The position numbers and the translations under genes were made by a program. Positions 36,429-49,827 of a stretch of DNA of 64,000 bases are shown piece after piece. Within the stretch, counting starts at the first letter, position 1; the number at the start of each line of letters is the position of its first letter. This stretch comes from Malacoraja senta. Its lineage: Eukaryota. The stretch lies in the NCBI GenBank assembly GCA_038087875.1, contig CM075994.1, positions 372,001 through 436,000 on the forward strand, given 5' to 3'. The notes beneath the pieces are model-generated. The model saw only the letters and a list, made by a program, of their open reading frames with translations, searched no databases and had not been told where the DNA came from.

Positions 36429-39400
36429 CAGGGCTCAAAATTAACGGTTGCCCGGGTGCCAATGGCGACCTAACGTCCTGCTGGGCAACCTAAAAGTCGT
36501 GTAATTTTGCCTGGCTTGTCAAGCATCCGGGACACCTGCCGTTCAATATGCAATGGAAGGCATTTAAAGACTGCATGGATGAACTACAAAAATTGTTCAT
36601 CCCAGTTTGGCAAAAGAATAAATCAGGGAAGGTAGTGCATCCGTGGATAACAAGGGAAATCAGGGATAGTATCAAAGCAAAAGATGATGCGTACAAATTA
36701 GCCAGAAAAAGCAGCATACCAGAGGACTGGGAGAAATTCAGAGACCAGCAGAGGAGGACAAAGGGCTTAATTAGGAAAGGGAAAATAGATTATGAAAGAA
36801 AACTGGCAGGGAACATAAAAACGGACTGCAAAAGTTTTTATAGATATGTGAAGAGAAAGAGATTAGTTAAAACAAATGTAGGTCACTTCCAGTCAGAAAC
36901 AGGTGAGTTGATCATGGGGAACAAGGATATGGCGGACCAATTGAATAACTACTTTGGTTCCGTCTTCACTAAGGAAGACATAAATAATCTGCCGGAAATA
37001 GCAGGGGACCGCGGGTCAAAGGAGATGGAGGAACTGAGTGAAATCCAGGTTAGTCGGGAAGTGGTGTTGGGTAAATTGAATAGATTAAAGGCCGATAAAT
37101 CACCAGGGTCAGATAGGCTGCATCCCAGAGTACTTAAGGAAGTAGCTCCAGAAATAGTGGATGCATTAGTGATAATTTTTCAAAACTCTTTAGATTCTGG
37201 AGTAGTTCCTGACGATTGGAGGGTAGCAAATGTAACCCCACTTTTTAAAAAGAGAGGGAGGGAGAAAAAGGGGAATTACAGACCAGTTTGTCTAACATCG
37301 GTAGTGGGGAAACTGCTAGAGTCAGTTATTAAAGATGGGATGGCAGCACATTTGGAAAGTGGTGACATCATTGGACAAAGTCAGCATGGATTTACGAAAG
37401 GTAAATCATGTCTGACGAATCTTATAGAATTTTTTGAGGATGTAACTAGTATAGTGGATAGGGGAGAACCAGTGGATGTGTTGTATCTGGACTTTCAGAA
37501 TGCTTTCGACAAGGTACCACATAAGAGATTAGTATACAAACTTAAAGCACACGGTATTGGGGGTTCAGTATTGATGTGGATAGAGAACTGGCTGGCAAAC
37601 AGGAAGCAAAGAGTAGGAGTAAACGGGTCCTTTTCACAATGGCAGGCAGTGACTAGTGGGGTACCGCAAGGCTCAGTGCTGGGACCCCAGCTATTTCCAA
37701 TTTATATTAATGAACTGGATGAGGGAATTGAAGGCAACATCTCCAAGTTTGCGGATGACACTAAGCTGGGGGGCAGTGTTAGCTGTGAGGAGGATGCTAG
37801 GAGACTGCAAGGTGACTTGGATAGGCTGGGTGAGTGGGCAAATGTTTGGCAGATGCAGTGTAATGTGGATAAATGTGAGGTTATCCACTTTGGTGGCAAA
37901 AACCGGAAAGCAGACTATTATCTAAATGGTGGCCGATTAGGAAAAGGGGAGATGCAGCGAGACCTGGGTGTCATGGTACACCAGTCATTGAAAGTAGGGA
38001 TGCAGGTGCAGCAGGCAGTGAAGAAAGCGAATGGTATGTTAGCATTCATAGCAAAAGGATTTGAGTATAGGAGCAGGGAGGTTCTACTGCAGTTGTACAA
38101 GGTCTTGGTGAGACAACACCTGGAGTATTGCGTACAGTTTTGGTCTCCAAGTCTGAGGAAGGACATTATAGCCATAGAGGGAGTACAGAGAAGGTTCACC
38201 AGACTGATTCCTGGGATGTCAGGACTTTCATATGGAGAAAGACTGGATAGACTCGCTAAAATTTAGGAGATTCAGAGGGGATCTTATAGAAACATACAGA
38301 ATTCTTATGGGGTTGGACAGGCTCGATGCAGGAAGATTGTTCCCGATGTTGGGGAAGTCCAGGACAAGGGGTCACAGCTTAAGGATAAGGGGGAAATCCT
38401 TTAAGACCGAGATGAGAAAAAACTTTTTCATACAGAGAGTGGTGAATCTCTGGAACTCTCTGCCACAGAGGGTAGTGGAGGCCAGTTCATTGGCTATATT
38501 TAAGAGGGAGTTAGATGTGGCCCTTGTGGCTAAAGGGATCAGGGGGTATAGAGAGAAGGCAGGTACGGGATACTGAGTTGGATGATCAGCCATGATCATA
38601 TTGAATGGCGGTGCAGGCTCGAAGGGCCGAATGGTCTACTCCTGCACCTAGTTTCTATGTATCTATGTATCTAACTCTGAGCGGGCCCCCTCTCTATCTC
38701 TCTCACTGTCACTCTCCATCTCCGCCCGCCATCCATATCCGTGGTTCTCCGCTCTCCGCCGCTCCTCATCCGGTGGCACGGCCGGCCGCCTTGCACATGC
38801 GCACTGCCACGGCCAGCAAATCATCGCCCGCCCTGCACATGCGCACTCTCACGGCAACTGGTCGGCACTGGGCACTTTCTTTCTCCCTTTGCATTGTGGG
38901 AGATCTGGCAGCCATTGCTGTCCAGTCGCCGCCTCGTCGCGACCACTGAAAACCAATGCAGAATCACTCCGTGGAGCTGGAGTAATTCCCTGGAGTAACT
39001 CTTGCTTCTTGGTTTCCTGGTCCTCCAAAAATATTCTAAATGGAATTTAAACTGGAGGTGGTGGAGTGTCCATCACGTAACTCTGAACAATAGCAGCCTA
39101 TTGTACTTTATCTGTTTATTTATTGTGTATATATATGGTCTATGGTATATAAACACACTGAACTTTTAAATCCTGTTCTGTATTATGTTTACATATTCTG
39201 TTGTGCTGCAGCAAGCAAGAATTTCATTGTCCTATCTGGGATACAGGACAATAAAACTCTCTTGACTCTTGACATGGACTTAAGCAAAAAAGGGTTCTTG
39301 GGGATAAAAGAGCTACCCTAAATTTAGATGTGTCTGGTTGGGTAACTATGGTAGGGTGAAGACTATTCCATGCTTCAATTGTGCGGGGGAACTACATGGA

Positions 39401-41653
39401 GCAGTCAGCATCTCTGGATAGAAGAAATTGGGTGATGTTTCGGGTAGAGACCCTTCTTTAGACTCCCTCTGGTTTTAGTGTTTTTAGTTTAATTTAAAGA
39501 CACAGCATGGAAGCAGGCCCTTCGGCCCACCGAGTCCACGCCGACCACCGATCACCCGTACATTAGTTCTATCCCACACATTAGCGACGTAAGTCAAGAG
39601 TGTTTTATTCTCTCACGTACGTTAGAACAATGAAATCCTTACTTGCAGCAGCACAACAGAATATGTAAACAAAGTACTCTGTAAACAATGTTATAAATGA
39701 GAAAACAAAACAGTGTATATTTATTATGAATATATAGCTATATAAATATAAATATATGTGTGTTTGTGTGTGTATGTGCATATAATATATATACACACAC
39801 ACACAATTTCCCTCCTGGGATTAATACAGTTCTATCGTATAGTATCGTGTGTGTAGGAAGGAACTGCAGATGCTGGTTTAAACTGAAGATAGACACAAAA
39901 AGCTGGAGTATCAACAGGTCAGATAGAATCTCGGGAAAAAAGGAAAATATTACATTTTGGGTTGGGTCTGAAATGGGTTCCTGCACACCTTGGAACGTGG
40001 AAGGAACAAGAGCACCCGGAGAAAACCCATGCCGTCAAAGGGAAAAGGAGCAAACTCCATACAGACAGCACCCATATTCAGGATCAATTCCGGGTCTCTG
40101 GCACATTTAGGCAGCAACTTTATGGCCAATGTACTGCCCCATAGTCTTGAACTGAATTAAAACATACAGTAGCTGTAAAGGGGGACACTTAGAAATTTAA
40201 GACTGAAAATGGATAGTTTCTTGTTTTTAGTAACCAAAGTTATCAACGTATAATTTTTTGTGTGTTGGAAAACAAAATATAGTGGCATAGCCGACTTGCC
40301 TCACATGCCAGAGATCTGTGTTCGATCCTGTCCTCGGGCACAGTCTGTGATAAATTTGCACATTCTCCCTGCAAGCGTGTGGGTTTCCTCCCACATCCCA
40401 AAGATGCATTGGCTTTGTAGGTTAAACTGTCTCAGTAAAATTGCCCCTAATGTGTTGGGAATGGGTGAGAAAAGTGGGATAACAGAATTTGTGTACATGG
40501 GTAGACAAAAATGCTGGAGAAACTCAGCGGGTGAGGCAGCATCAATGGAGCGAAGGAAATACGCGACGTTTCGGGTCGAGACCCTTCTTCACACTGATGT
40601 AAGGGTGGGTTGGACGGGAAGAAGAAAGGAAAAGGCGGAAACAGTGGGCTGAGGGGGAGCTGGGAAGGGAAGGTGAAAGCAGGGACTACCTGAAATTGGA
40701 GAAGTCGTTGTTCATACCGCTGGAGTGTAAACTGCCCAAGTGAAATATGAAGTGCTGCTCCTCCAAGTTCCATCTCCTCCTCTGCCGAAAGCCGACAGGG
40801 GAGGAGATGGAAAGATGTGGCCAGTGGTGGGAACCCAATGGTAGACAAAAAAGCTGGAGAAATTCAGCAGGTGAGGCAGCATCTACAGAGAGAAGGAATA
40901 GGCGAAGTGTCGGGTCGAGACCCTTCTTCAGACTGATGTTGGGGGGGACGAGAAAAATAAAGGAAGAGGCGGAGACAGTAGGCTGTGGGAGAGCTGGGAA
41001 TGGGAGGGGAAAGAGGGAGAAAGCAAGGACTACCTGAAATTGGAGAAGCCAATGTTGATACCGCTGGGGTGTAAACTACCCAAGCGAAATATGAGGTGCT
41101 GCTCCTCCAATATGCGGTGGGCCTCACTCTGACCATGGAACTGGCCCAGGACAGAAAGGTCAGATTCGGAATGGGAGGGGGAGTTGAAGTTTTGAGCCAG
41201 CGCGAGATCAGGTTGGTTATTGCGAACTGAGTGGAGGTGTTCTGCGAAGCGATCACCAAGCCTCCGCTTGGTCTCACCGAGGTTGATCATACGCTGAATA
41301 ATCCAACCAAATTTTTGTTTGGAAGTGGAAAGAAATAATAGAAATTGCATTCATTGCAACGTGTAAAAAGAGTTGAGATACTGTATTATAATTTTGCTGC
41401 ATGTCATTGTGGTATATATCATGTCTTGATTGGTGAATATGTTTAGTTTGTGACTTCATTTGAAGCAGAAATAATATGTGAATGCTTCATTGAGTATAAT
41501 TCCGACTGGTAACTACGCACTTCGTCCGAACACATTTTCGCACGCGTCATGCAAGCCGTCTTAAATGACCACCTAAACTGTCGTTTGGCAACCTAAATTA
41601 CTACCTAGGTTGCCCGACTGGCAACAAGGAAAAAAAGTTAAGTGAGTGCCCTG
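36429..41653 (+). mobile_element. Composite non-autonomous hAT (copy C, both ends), about 3.1 kb plus a nested CR1
   Basis: Termini CAGGGCTC / GTGCCCTG; left flank GTTCAGAG, right flank TCAGAG (partial TSD); the flanks rejoin as one CR1 3' fragment. Confidence 0.75.
36547..38671 (+). mobile_element. 5'-truncated CR1 subfamily A
   Basis: 572-aa RT ORF, frameshifted C-terminus, TTCTATGTATCTATGT tail. Confidence 0.97.
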
Positions 41654-41756
41654 TCAGAGGTACATGGGCGAAATGCAGGCAGGTAGGACTAGAGTAGATG
41701 GAACATCTTGATCATAGAGTCATTGAACCATAGAGCGATACAGTGTGGAAACAGCC

Positions 41757-43182
41757 CAGGCACGTGCCGTCAGGGTAGGCAAGGTAGGCACTGCCTACCC
41801 TCACTAAAATTATGAAATGGTAATTATTAAATATAAATAGTAAAGGCATGGGAGAATTATGCTTATCTAAGAGATTGATCTCTTAGGTAGGCATAATTCT
41901 CCGTGCCTTTCAACCGCAGCACTTTTAACACGCAAAAGTCTGTGCAGCCCACGTGCCGTCGGCGCTGCTTCAAGCCGTCAATGACAAGCGGGGCTGAAGG
42001 CAGCTGAAATTCTGCCTATGCAGTACTGCGCATTCGCAGCAGCCTACTGCGCATGCGCAGCGCAAGTTTCTTGGCGGGTCTTTCAAATATGGATTGTCAT
42101 TATTTTAAGAGTATCTTAGGAAACAAAAAGAGAAGAATGGAGTTCATGTACCGATAATGTGGTAAGTACATTTCTTGGTGTTTTATGTTTTTAAATACTG
42201 TATTTCGCAGGGTGGGGAAGAGCTCCTTTCACAGTCTGGCCCGGGGTAAACTTGCAGGGAGGGCAGGACAGTTGTGAAGGAGGGGATAGGGGCCAGTAAC
42301 CCACTTGCGACGCTCCGGGCACGGAGCCACCGCATTGTAGCCGGGGAGTGAATTAGCTTGGGTGGCTGCGAGTGGCCGCCGGGACCGGACAGCCCCTTCT
42401 GCCGGTCCCCGCACACCTCTGGCAGTGCTCTCTGTCTGAAAACCTCTCTCCTGCCGCTCGCCAGCCTCACTCATGTCAGCCGCTTCCAGCAAATCCTTAA
42501 ATTCCGACAGCGCGATCAAGGGACCAATTGAGGTTACTCAGCTGTGGGAATTTAAGGATTTGCGGGAAGCGGCTGACATGAGTGAAGACGGTGAGCGGCA
42601 GGTGAGAGGTGTTCAGACGGAGAGCACTGCCAGAGGTGAGCGGGCAGGCAGAAGGCGCTGAAGTGGCAGCCGGTTCTGCTGTCAGGTCCCGGCATCCGCT
42701 CGCAGTCACCCAAGCTGCTTCCTTCCCTGGAAGTGGCGGCCAGTTCTGCTGTCCGTGCCCGGAGCGCTGCGGCAGCGGTGAGTGAGTCGGACTTGATCTC
42801 CGACCCTCTCCTTCTCAACACTCCTGCCCTCCCCGCATCTTTAACCCCTGGCACAGACTCTCCACATGCTGTGAAAGGCAAAGATCCTATAGGTCTCCCT
42901 CCAATTGGTCCCTTGAATTAGTATTGTCATTCAATAAGATGACAACTGATTCAACGTGCTCCCGTTTTTCCCACCTTCTCTCCACCTGCCTTCCTCCTCC
43001 GTCCCCCACCCATTCAGTAATTAGAAAATGAAGGAGATTTAGAAGCCTTGGGCAAATTGAATTGTTACTTATTTCTATTTTTTATTTTTACGGAGTGAAC
43101 AATCTGCGCATGTGCGGTTTAAGATTTTTTTTTAAAGCCGACTGACTGCCTACCTTGAGTAATTACTCACGGCACATGCCTG
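41757..43182. mobile_element. Non-autonomous hAT element
   Basis: TIRs CAGGCACGTGCCGT / ACGGCACATGCCTG; 8-bp TSD AAACAGCC / AAACAGGC. Confidence 0.88.
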
Positions 43183-43189
43183 AAACAGG

Positions 43190-43587
43190 CCCTTCACCCT
43201 ATCTTTCCCACACTGGCCAACGTCTCAGCTACACCAGTCCCAACTGCTTGTGTTTGGCCCATATCCCTCTAAACCTGTCCTATCCATGTACCTGTCTAAC
43301 TATTTCTTAAACGTTGGGATAAACCCTTCCTCAACTATCTCCTCTGGTAGCTTGTTCCACACACCCACCACCCTTTGTGTGAAAAAGTTACCCCTCAGAT
43401 TCCTGTGAAATCTTTCGCCCTCCATCTTAAACCTATGTCCTCCAGGCCTCGATTCACCCACTCTGGGCAAGATACTCTGCACATCTACCCGATCTATTCC
43501 TCATAATTTTTACATCTCTACAAGATCACCCCTCATCCTCCTGCTCTCCAAGGTATAGAGTCCCAGCCTACTGATCCTCTCCCTATA
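43190..43587 (-). mobile_element. CR1 3' fragment
   Basis: PRVGESRPGGHRFK...RGNFFTQRVVGVWNKLP. Confidence 0.85.
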
Positions 43588-45790
43588 GGGGGGTTGCATG
43601 TAAGATCATTGGGTCAAAGGGCGTGACGCACAGAACAGCTCATTCCATGTGGAGGACATGGCAGCCTTCGGCATACACTGTTAATACACGAAATGCGTAC
43701 TTTCTTACCTGTTCAAAAACACAGCAATTGTCAATTTTGCACTGTAAATAATTGTGGAAATTGGGGTAACCGTGAGAGGCATTTATCCTACTTCAGAACT
43801 CCAAAAGTGAGGTGAAATGGTGGTAGAGAGAAGTGACAGCTGAAGGGACAACAACAGCTAAAGTGGTTGGCGAACATTGGCCGTGCAGATATCAAGATTG
43901 AAAATATTGGGAATTATCACGTTTGCTCATTGCATTTCATCAAAAGTAAGGCATTATTTGTGTTTTTTCTTGATTCCTTTGGTATCTAAAAAGTTTCAGA
44001 AGTAATAAATCTGGCTGTAAAATTTTAAAATCGCCCATGATTCTCGTGGGTTTTTACATGCAAAGAAAAAACGCTTCTGAAGCTAAATTTATCGTTAAAA
44101 ACATTGCAAACCATATGTGGGTTTTGAATTACATTTTACTCAGAAGCATTCCAAGGAATGGCATAATTGTTATCTGTTAATTGGGTCTAGTCTACCTGCC
44201 GACCTAGACCCACTGCAGTTCGCCTACAGAGCCAACCGATCCACAGAGGACGCAGTCTCAACAACACTGAACCTCGTACTGTCACACCTTGATCGGAAAA
44301 ATACTTATGCCAGGATCCTCTTCATAGACTTCAGCTCTGCTTTTAATACAATCATTCCGCAGCAGCTGGTGGAGAAGTTGGAGCTATTGGGGGTTGATGC
44401 TGGCACATGTAACTGGGTCCTGAACTTTCTATCGCAACGGCAGCAGACAGTCAGGGTGGGCAGTAGGACATCAAAAACCATAGCCGTGAGCACTGGCTCG
44501 CCCCAAGGCTGTGTCCTAAGCCCCCTGCTGTTTAGTCTGCTAACACACGACTGTACTGCTAGACTCAACAATAACTTCATCAACAAGTTCGCTGAAGACA
44601 CAACAGTGGTGGGTCTCATCAGTGACAATGGTCACAGGATGGTGCAAATCCCACAACCTCATTCTCAACGTGGGAAAAACTAAGGAGATGGTGGTTGACT
44701 TCAGGAGGGCGGGAAAATAACACCATACACCTCTGCACATCGATGGAGCTGATGTGGAAAGGGTCAACAGCGTGAAGTTCCTAGGACTCCACCTGTCAGA
44801 TGACCTGACGTCCACGACCAACACCACAGCACTGGTCAAGAGAGCCCAGCAGCGACTACACCCTCTCCGAAGACTACATAAAGCAGGTCTCCCCACTACA
44901 CACCTATGAACTTTTTATAGGGGGACAATCGAGAGCACATTAACCTACGGCACCATTTCCTGGTTCGGGAGCTGCAAGGCGTAAGGACGGCACCAACTAG
45001 ACAGGATTGTGAAGACCGCCAGCAGGATTATTGGTGCTCCACTCCCTTTCCTGCTGGACATATACAGGAAGAGATGTATCAGCAGAGCCATCTCCATCAT
45101 CAAAGACCCCTACCACCCATCGCATCACATATTCTCCATCCTGCCATCTGGGAAGAGGTACAGAAGCATTAGGTGCAAAACCAGCAGGATGCTCCTCAGC
45201 TTCTTCCCGCAGGTTATAAGACTGATAAACGGACTTTGCCCCCTGCCAAAGTATCGTGCACCAACCACCAACCTGGACACACTGCAGCAGAGCCACTGTC
45301 GTGCCGCTGCCGATCGGAACGCCTGTTGATGTTTAGTAGAGAGTAGAGTGTTAATTTGTTCATGATATATGTATTTTTACTTCTATTTATTTTTTACTGC
45401 ACATTGAAATGGACACTGGTTGAGTAACGTTTTTTTGTTTCCTCTGGGTATGTGAATACTCAGGAAATGACAATAAAGATATACAATACAATACAATACA
45501 ATAATCAAATTCAGCAAATTGACAATTTTGAAAAATAAAACGCTTCTGAAGCTTAATTTATAATTTAAAAAATCTCCAGACTTACGAGTGGTGGGTGGAA
45601 AAGTAAGTTTTCTATCATTATGCTATTGAGATGTATATTTTGGCAAATAATAAAATGTCCTGACAGCTTAAACACCCACTCCCTTTCAAAGATATTGTCA
45701 ATTTGCGGAGGTTGATTATGTCCAATTAACAGCTAACTATTTTGCCATTCCTTGGCTTGCATCTGAGTAAAATATAATTCAAAACCCGCT
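43588..45790. mobile_element. TATA-family palindromic DNA element, interrupted by Rex1; far end not found
   Basis: TATA then GGGGGGTTGCATG; similar to 13409-14249; 44115-44185 is the inverted complement of about 45720-45788. Confidence 0.7.
44185..45502 (+). mobile_element. 5'-truncated Rex1 LINE
   Basis: [49 protein letters not shown] followed by an (ATACA)n tail. Confidence 0.92.
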
Positions 45791-46169
45791 GAGTGTCACC
45801 ACATTTTTTTGTTTTATTTTACATTTCCAGCATCTACAGTTTACTTTTAATTTCATTTTAATATACTTTGTCCCATTGATGCCTTCTTCATATGGCATGA
45901 CAAGCCAATTATTTCCCTCGTCAGATGTAAATGTTAAGATTTGTCTCCTGTAGACTGACTTCTAAGTGTGATTTAAATATTTAAATATTATCTCTAATTT
46001 AAATATCTTCAATCTGAAGAAGGGTCCTGGCCTGTATATTGCCAGTCTATTTCCTCTATAGATGGTGATTGACCTGCTGAGTTTTTCCAGCACTTTATTT
46101 TTTGTGGAACATTCAAGCATCTGCAGTTTCTATTGTGTCTCTTTATCTTTTATTTATTTCAGTTCAAAT

Positions 46170-47283
46170 TATATTAATATAATGACTTCAAAGTATCAAA
46201 ATTGATATGGCCCAGACAATTGCCCAGAGGGGAACTGAAACCTTTCCCAATATTGAATGGGAATATCATAGTGTGAAAGGTTTAGACAGGGTAGAATTTG
46301 TCAAAATGTTTAGGAGAGTTTTCTCCAGCAATATGTAGAGGGCCCCACACAGGAGAGGGCAATGCTTGATGTAGTCTTGGGAAATTGGATGGGGCAAGTA
46401 GATGAAGTGTTCGTGGATGAGCCTTTTGGGATCAGTGACCACTGTTCGATTAAGTTCAAGAGGAGGAGTTTCGGGAACTAAGCTAAACAAGGAAATCAGG
46501 AAGGCAAAAATGGCACACGAGGTAGCTCAAGTAGATAGCATTAAGTATAATCCCCAGAGATTTTACAAGTACATAAACGGAAAAAGGGTAACCAGAGAGA
46601 GAGCGAGTGGGGCCCCTCAGGAATCAAAGCAGTCAACTCTGTGTAGAGCCACGGGAGATGGACAAGGTCCTCAATGAGTATTTCTCCTCTGCTTTTACCA
46701 TGGAGAAAGACAGGAGGCCTGAGGAACTTGAGGAAGTCAATGGAAATGTCTTGAACAGTCAGTGTTACAGACGAAGAGGAGCTGAGGGTCCTGACGTGTA
46801 TGAAGGCGGACAAATCTCCAGGGCCTGATCAGATGTATCCAAGAACACTGAGGGAAACTGGAGGGAAAATTACGGGAGCCCGGGCTGAAATTTACAAGTC
46901 GTCATTAAATACAGGAGAGGTGCCGGAAGACTGGAGAGTGGCAAATGTTGTGCCTCTATTCAGGAAGAGCTGCAGGAAAATGGCTGGGAACTATAGGCCA
47001 GTGAGCTTAATATCTGTATTTGGAAAGTTTCTGGAGAGTATTCTGAGGGATAGGATACACATGCATTTAGATGGACTAGGGATAGTCAGCATGGTTTTGT
47101 TCAGATGTAGTTGATGCAGATGGAGATGTAGTTCCTTGCATCTCCACCTTTATCCTTGGTCTCCTAGTATTTGCCGTATCTTATGGGCTCTTGTCTTTTC
47201 AACCAGTCTTCCGTGTGTGGGTCCTTGTTGAAGGCCTTGCAGAAGCCCATGTAAATCATATCAGCAACACTGCCCTCATCAAT
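46170..47283 (+). mobile_element. Old deleted CR1 ORF2 fragments; the last part (about 47180-47283) is inverted
   Basis: KADKSPGPDQMYPRTL...NYRPVSL; IDEG...KAF on the minus strand. Confidence 0.8.
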
Positions 47284-47494
47284 AAAACAGTCCTGCCCAA
47301 AACACCATCTCCCCACTCCCTCCACATATGCCCGACCCTCTGAGTTCCTCTCATCTAAATATAAATTATAATGTGGGCTATGTATGATATATTGCTCCTT
47401 TTCCTTCTCTCAGTTCTCAGATGAAGTTACCAGGCTACCTTCGTTACCCAATTCCGTTATTTGAATAAGCTGACAGCACCAGCTCCTCTACATA

Positions 47495-47555
47495 ATGATG
47501 ACCTTCGGCTGTTCTATCCTCTGCCTTCTGCAACTTCTCAGCAACAGAATTTCAG
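47495..47555 (+). CDS. Putative signal-peptide exon MMTFGCSILCLLQLLSNRIS with a phase-1 donor
   Basis: Non-repeat sequence; pyrimidine tract with CAG acceptors at 47413 and 47420; CAG|GTAAA donor; hydrophobic 20-mer. Confidence 0.4.
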
Positions 47556-47980
47556 GTAAAATTACTTCTGAGTCTGTGTAAGCAGGCGGTGACTGCAATC
47601 TGGCTCAAGACTGTTCAAGTTGGGGAAAAAAAGAAAATGCATTCGTAGAATATAATTCTAAATTGATCAGTAGAGCATAGGAACAGGTCCTTGATGTTAG
47701 GGCCTGATGTCTGTGTCAAACATGATCCCAAATTAAACTAATCCTTTCTTCGTGAAACTTCCCCCATCTGACCTTCACACTCAGCCCTCTACGATATGAT
47801 ACGATAGATCTTTATTTATCGCAGGAGGGAAATTTGTCTGCCAACAGTCATAAAACACAAGATACATGAAATTAAAGTGACGAGTGGAAAGGATTGGGGA
47901 TTTGCAAAGATTGGGGGAGGGAGGAGAGTCAGTCTACCTCACGACAGAAGGGGGAAGAGTTGTACAATTTGATAGCCACA

Positions 47981-49396
47981 GAGAAATTACAGTTGTGTTT
48001 ATATATAGTTCACCCATTTCAGGGCACCATAATGTTTGGGACACATGGCTTCACAGGAGTTTGTAATTGCCCAGGTGTGTTTAAATGCCTCCTTAATGCA
48101 GGTATAAGAGAGCTCTCAGCATCTAGTCTTTTCTCCATTTTTTCCATCACCTTTGGAAACTTTTACTCCTGTTTATCAACGTGAGGCCCAAAGTTGCGCC
48201 AATGGAAGTCAAAGAAGCCATTATGAGACTGAGAAACAAGAATAAAACGGTTAGAGACATCAGCCAAACCTTAGAATTACCAAAATCAACTGTTTGGAAC
48301 ATCATTACGAAGAAAGAGAGCACTGGTGAGCTTACTAATCGCAAAGGGACTGGCAGGCCAAGGAAGAACATCACAGCTGATGACAGAAGAATCCTGTGTT
48401 TATTAAAGAAAAATCCCCCAACCCAGTCCGACAGTTTAGAAACACTCTTCGGGAGTCAGGTGTGGATTTGTCAATGACCACTGTCCGCAGAAGACTTCAT
48501 GAACAGAAATACAGAGGCTACACTTCAAGATGCAAACAACTGGTTAGCTGCAAAAATTGAATGGGCAGGTTGCAATTTGCCAAGAAATACAGAAAAGAGC
48601 AACCAGAGTTCTGGAAAAATGTCTTGTGGACATATGAGACGAAGATTGACTTATATTAGAGTAATGGCAAGAGCAAAGTATGGAAGAGAGAAGGAACTGC
48701 CCTAGATCCAAAGCATAACACCTCATCTGTGGAACACGGTGGTGGGGGTGTTATGGCCTGGGCATGTATGGCTGTTGAAGGTACTGGCTCACTTATCTTC
48801 ATTGATAATACAACTGCTGATGGTGGTAGCATAATGAATTCTGAAGTGTAAAGACACATTCCATCTGCTCATGTTCAGACAAATGCCTCAACAAAGGAGA
48901 TTTTCAAAGCTAAAAAATGGTCAATTCTTGAGTGGCCAAACCAATCACCTGATCTGAACCCAATTGAGCATGTGAAGAGAAAACTGAAGGGGACTAGCCC
49001 CAAAACAAGCATAAGCTAAAGATGGCTGCAATACAGGCCTGGCAGAACATCACCAGAGAAGACACCCAGCAACTGGTGATGTCCATGAATCGCAGACTTC
49101 AAGCAGTCATTGCATGCAAAGGATATGCAACAAAATACTAAACATGACTACTTTCATTTACATGGCATTGCTGTGTCCCAAACATTATGGTGCCCTGAAA
49201 TGGGGGGACGATGTATAAACACTGCTGTAATTTCTACATGTTCAAACCAAAATGTATAAATATGGCCTTTATTAAAATCTGACAATATGGACTTTAACCA
49301 CATGGGATTTTTTTCTATTACAAATCTCAAATTATGGAGTACAGAGGCAAATATATAAATGATGGGTCTTTGTCCCAAACATTATAGAGGGCACTG
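47981..49396 (+). mobile_element. Degenerate Tc1 element, second family (transposase remnant 48181-49141)
   Basis: TVWNII...GRPRK and WPNQSPDLNPIE motifs; right end GGGCACTG followed by TA; left TIR truncated. Confidence 0.88.
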
Positions 49397-49827
49397 TATA
49401 CCTTTCACAATTTTACAAGCTTCTATCAGGTATTCTCTCAGCTGCCGATGACCGAGAGAAAAACATTTGAATTTACTACCTGATAGTATGCTTTCTACTG
49501 TGCCTATGTAGACAATGATAAGAGTTATTAGAGATATTACTGAACTTGTCCTTTGTCTCTTGAAGAAGTAGAGGTGCTGGTGTGCTACTTTGTTCTTCAA
49601 TCTTCAAATTTCATTTTCATTTTCACTCAAAATCTACAATATTCAATGTGGTTGGTTTGTCCAGGAAAAATTGGTGGAGATATTTTAGTTTTAGTTTAGT
49701 TTAGAGAAACAGCATGGAAACAGCATGGAAACAGTCCCTTTGGCCCATTGAGTCCACGCCAACCAGCGATCCCCGCACATTAACACTTTCCGATACAAAC
49801 TAGGGACAATTTACATTTTGACAATTT

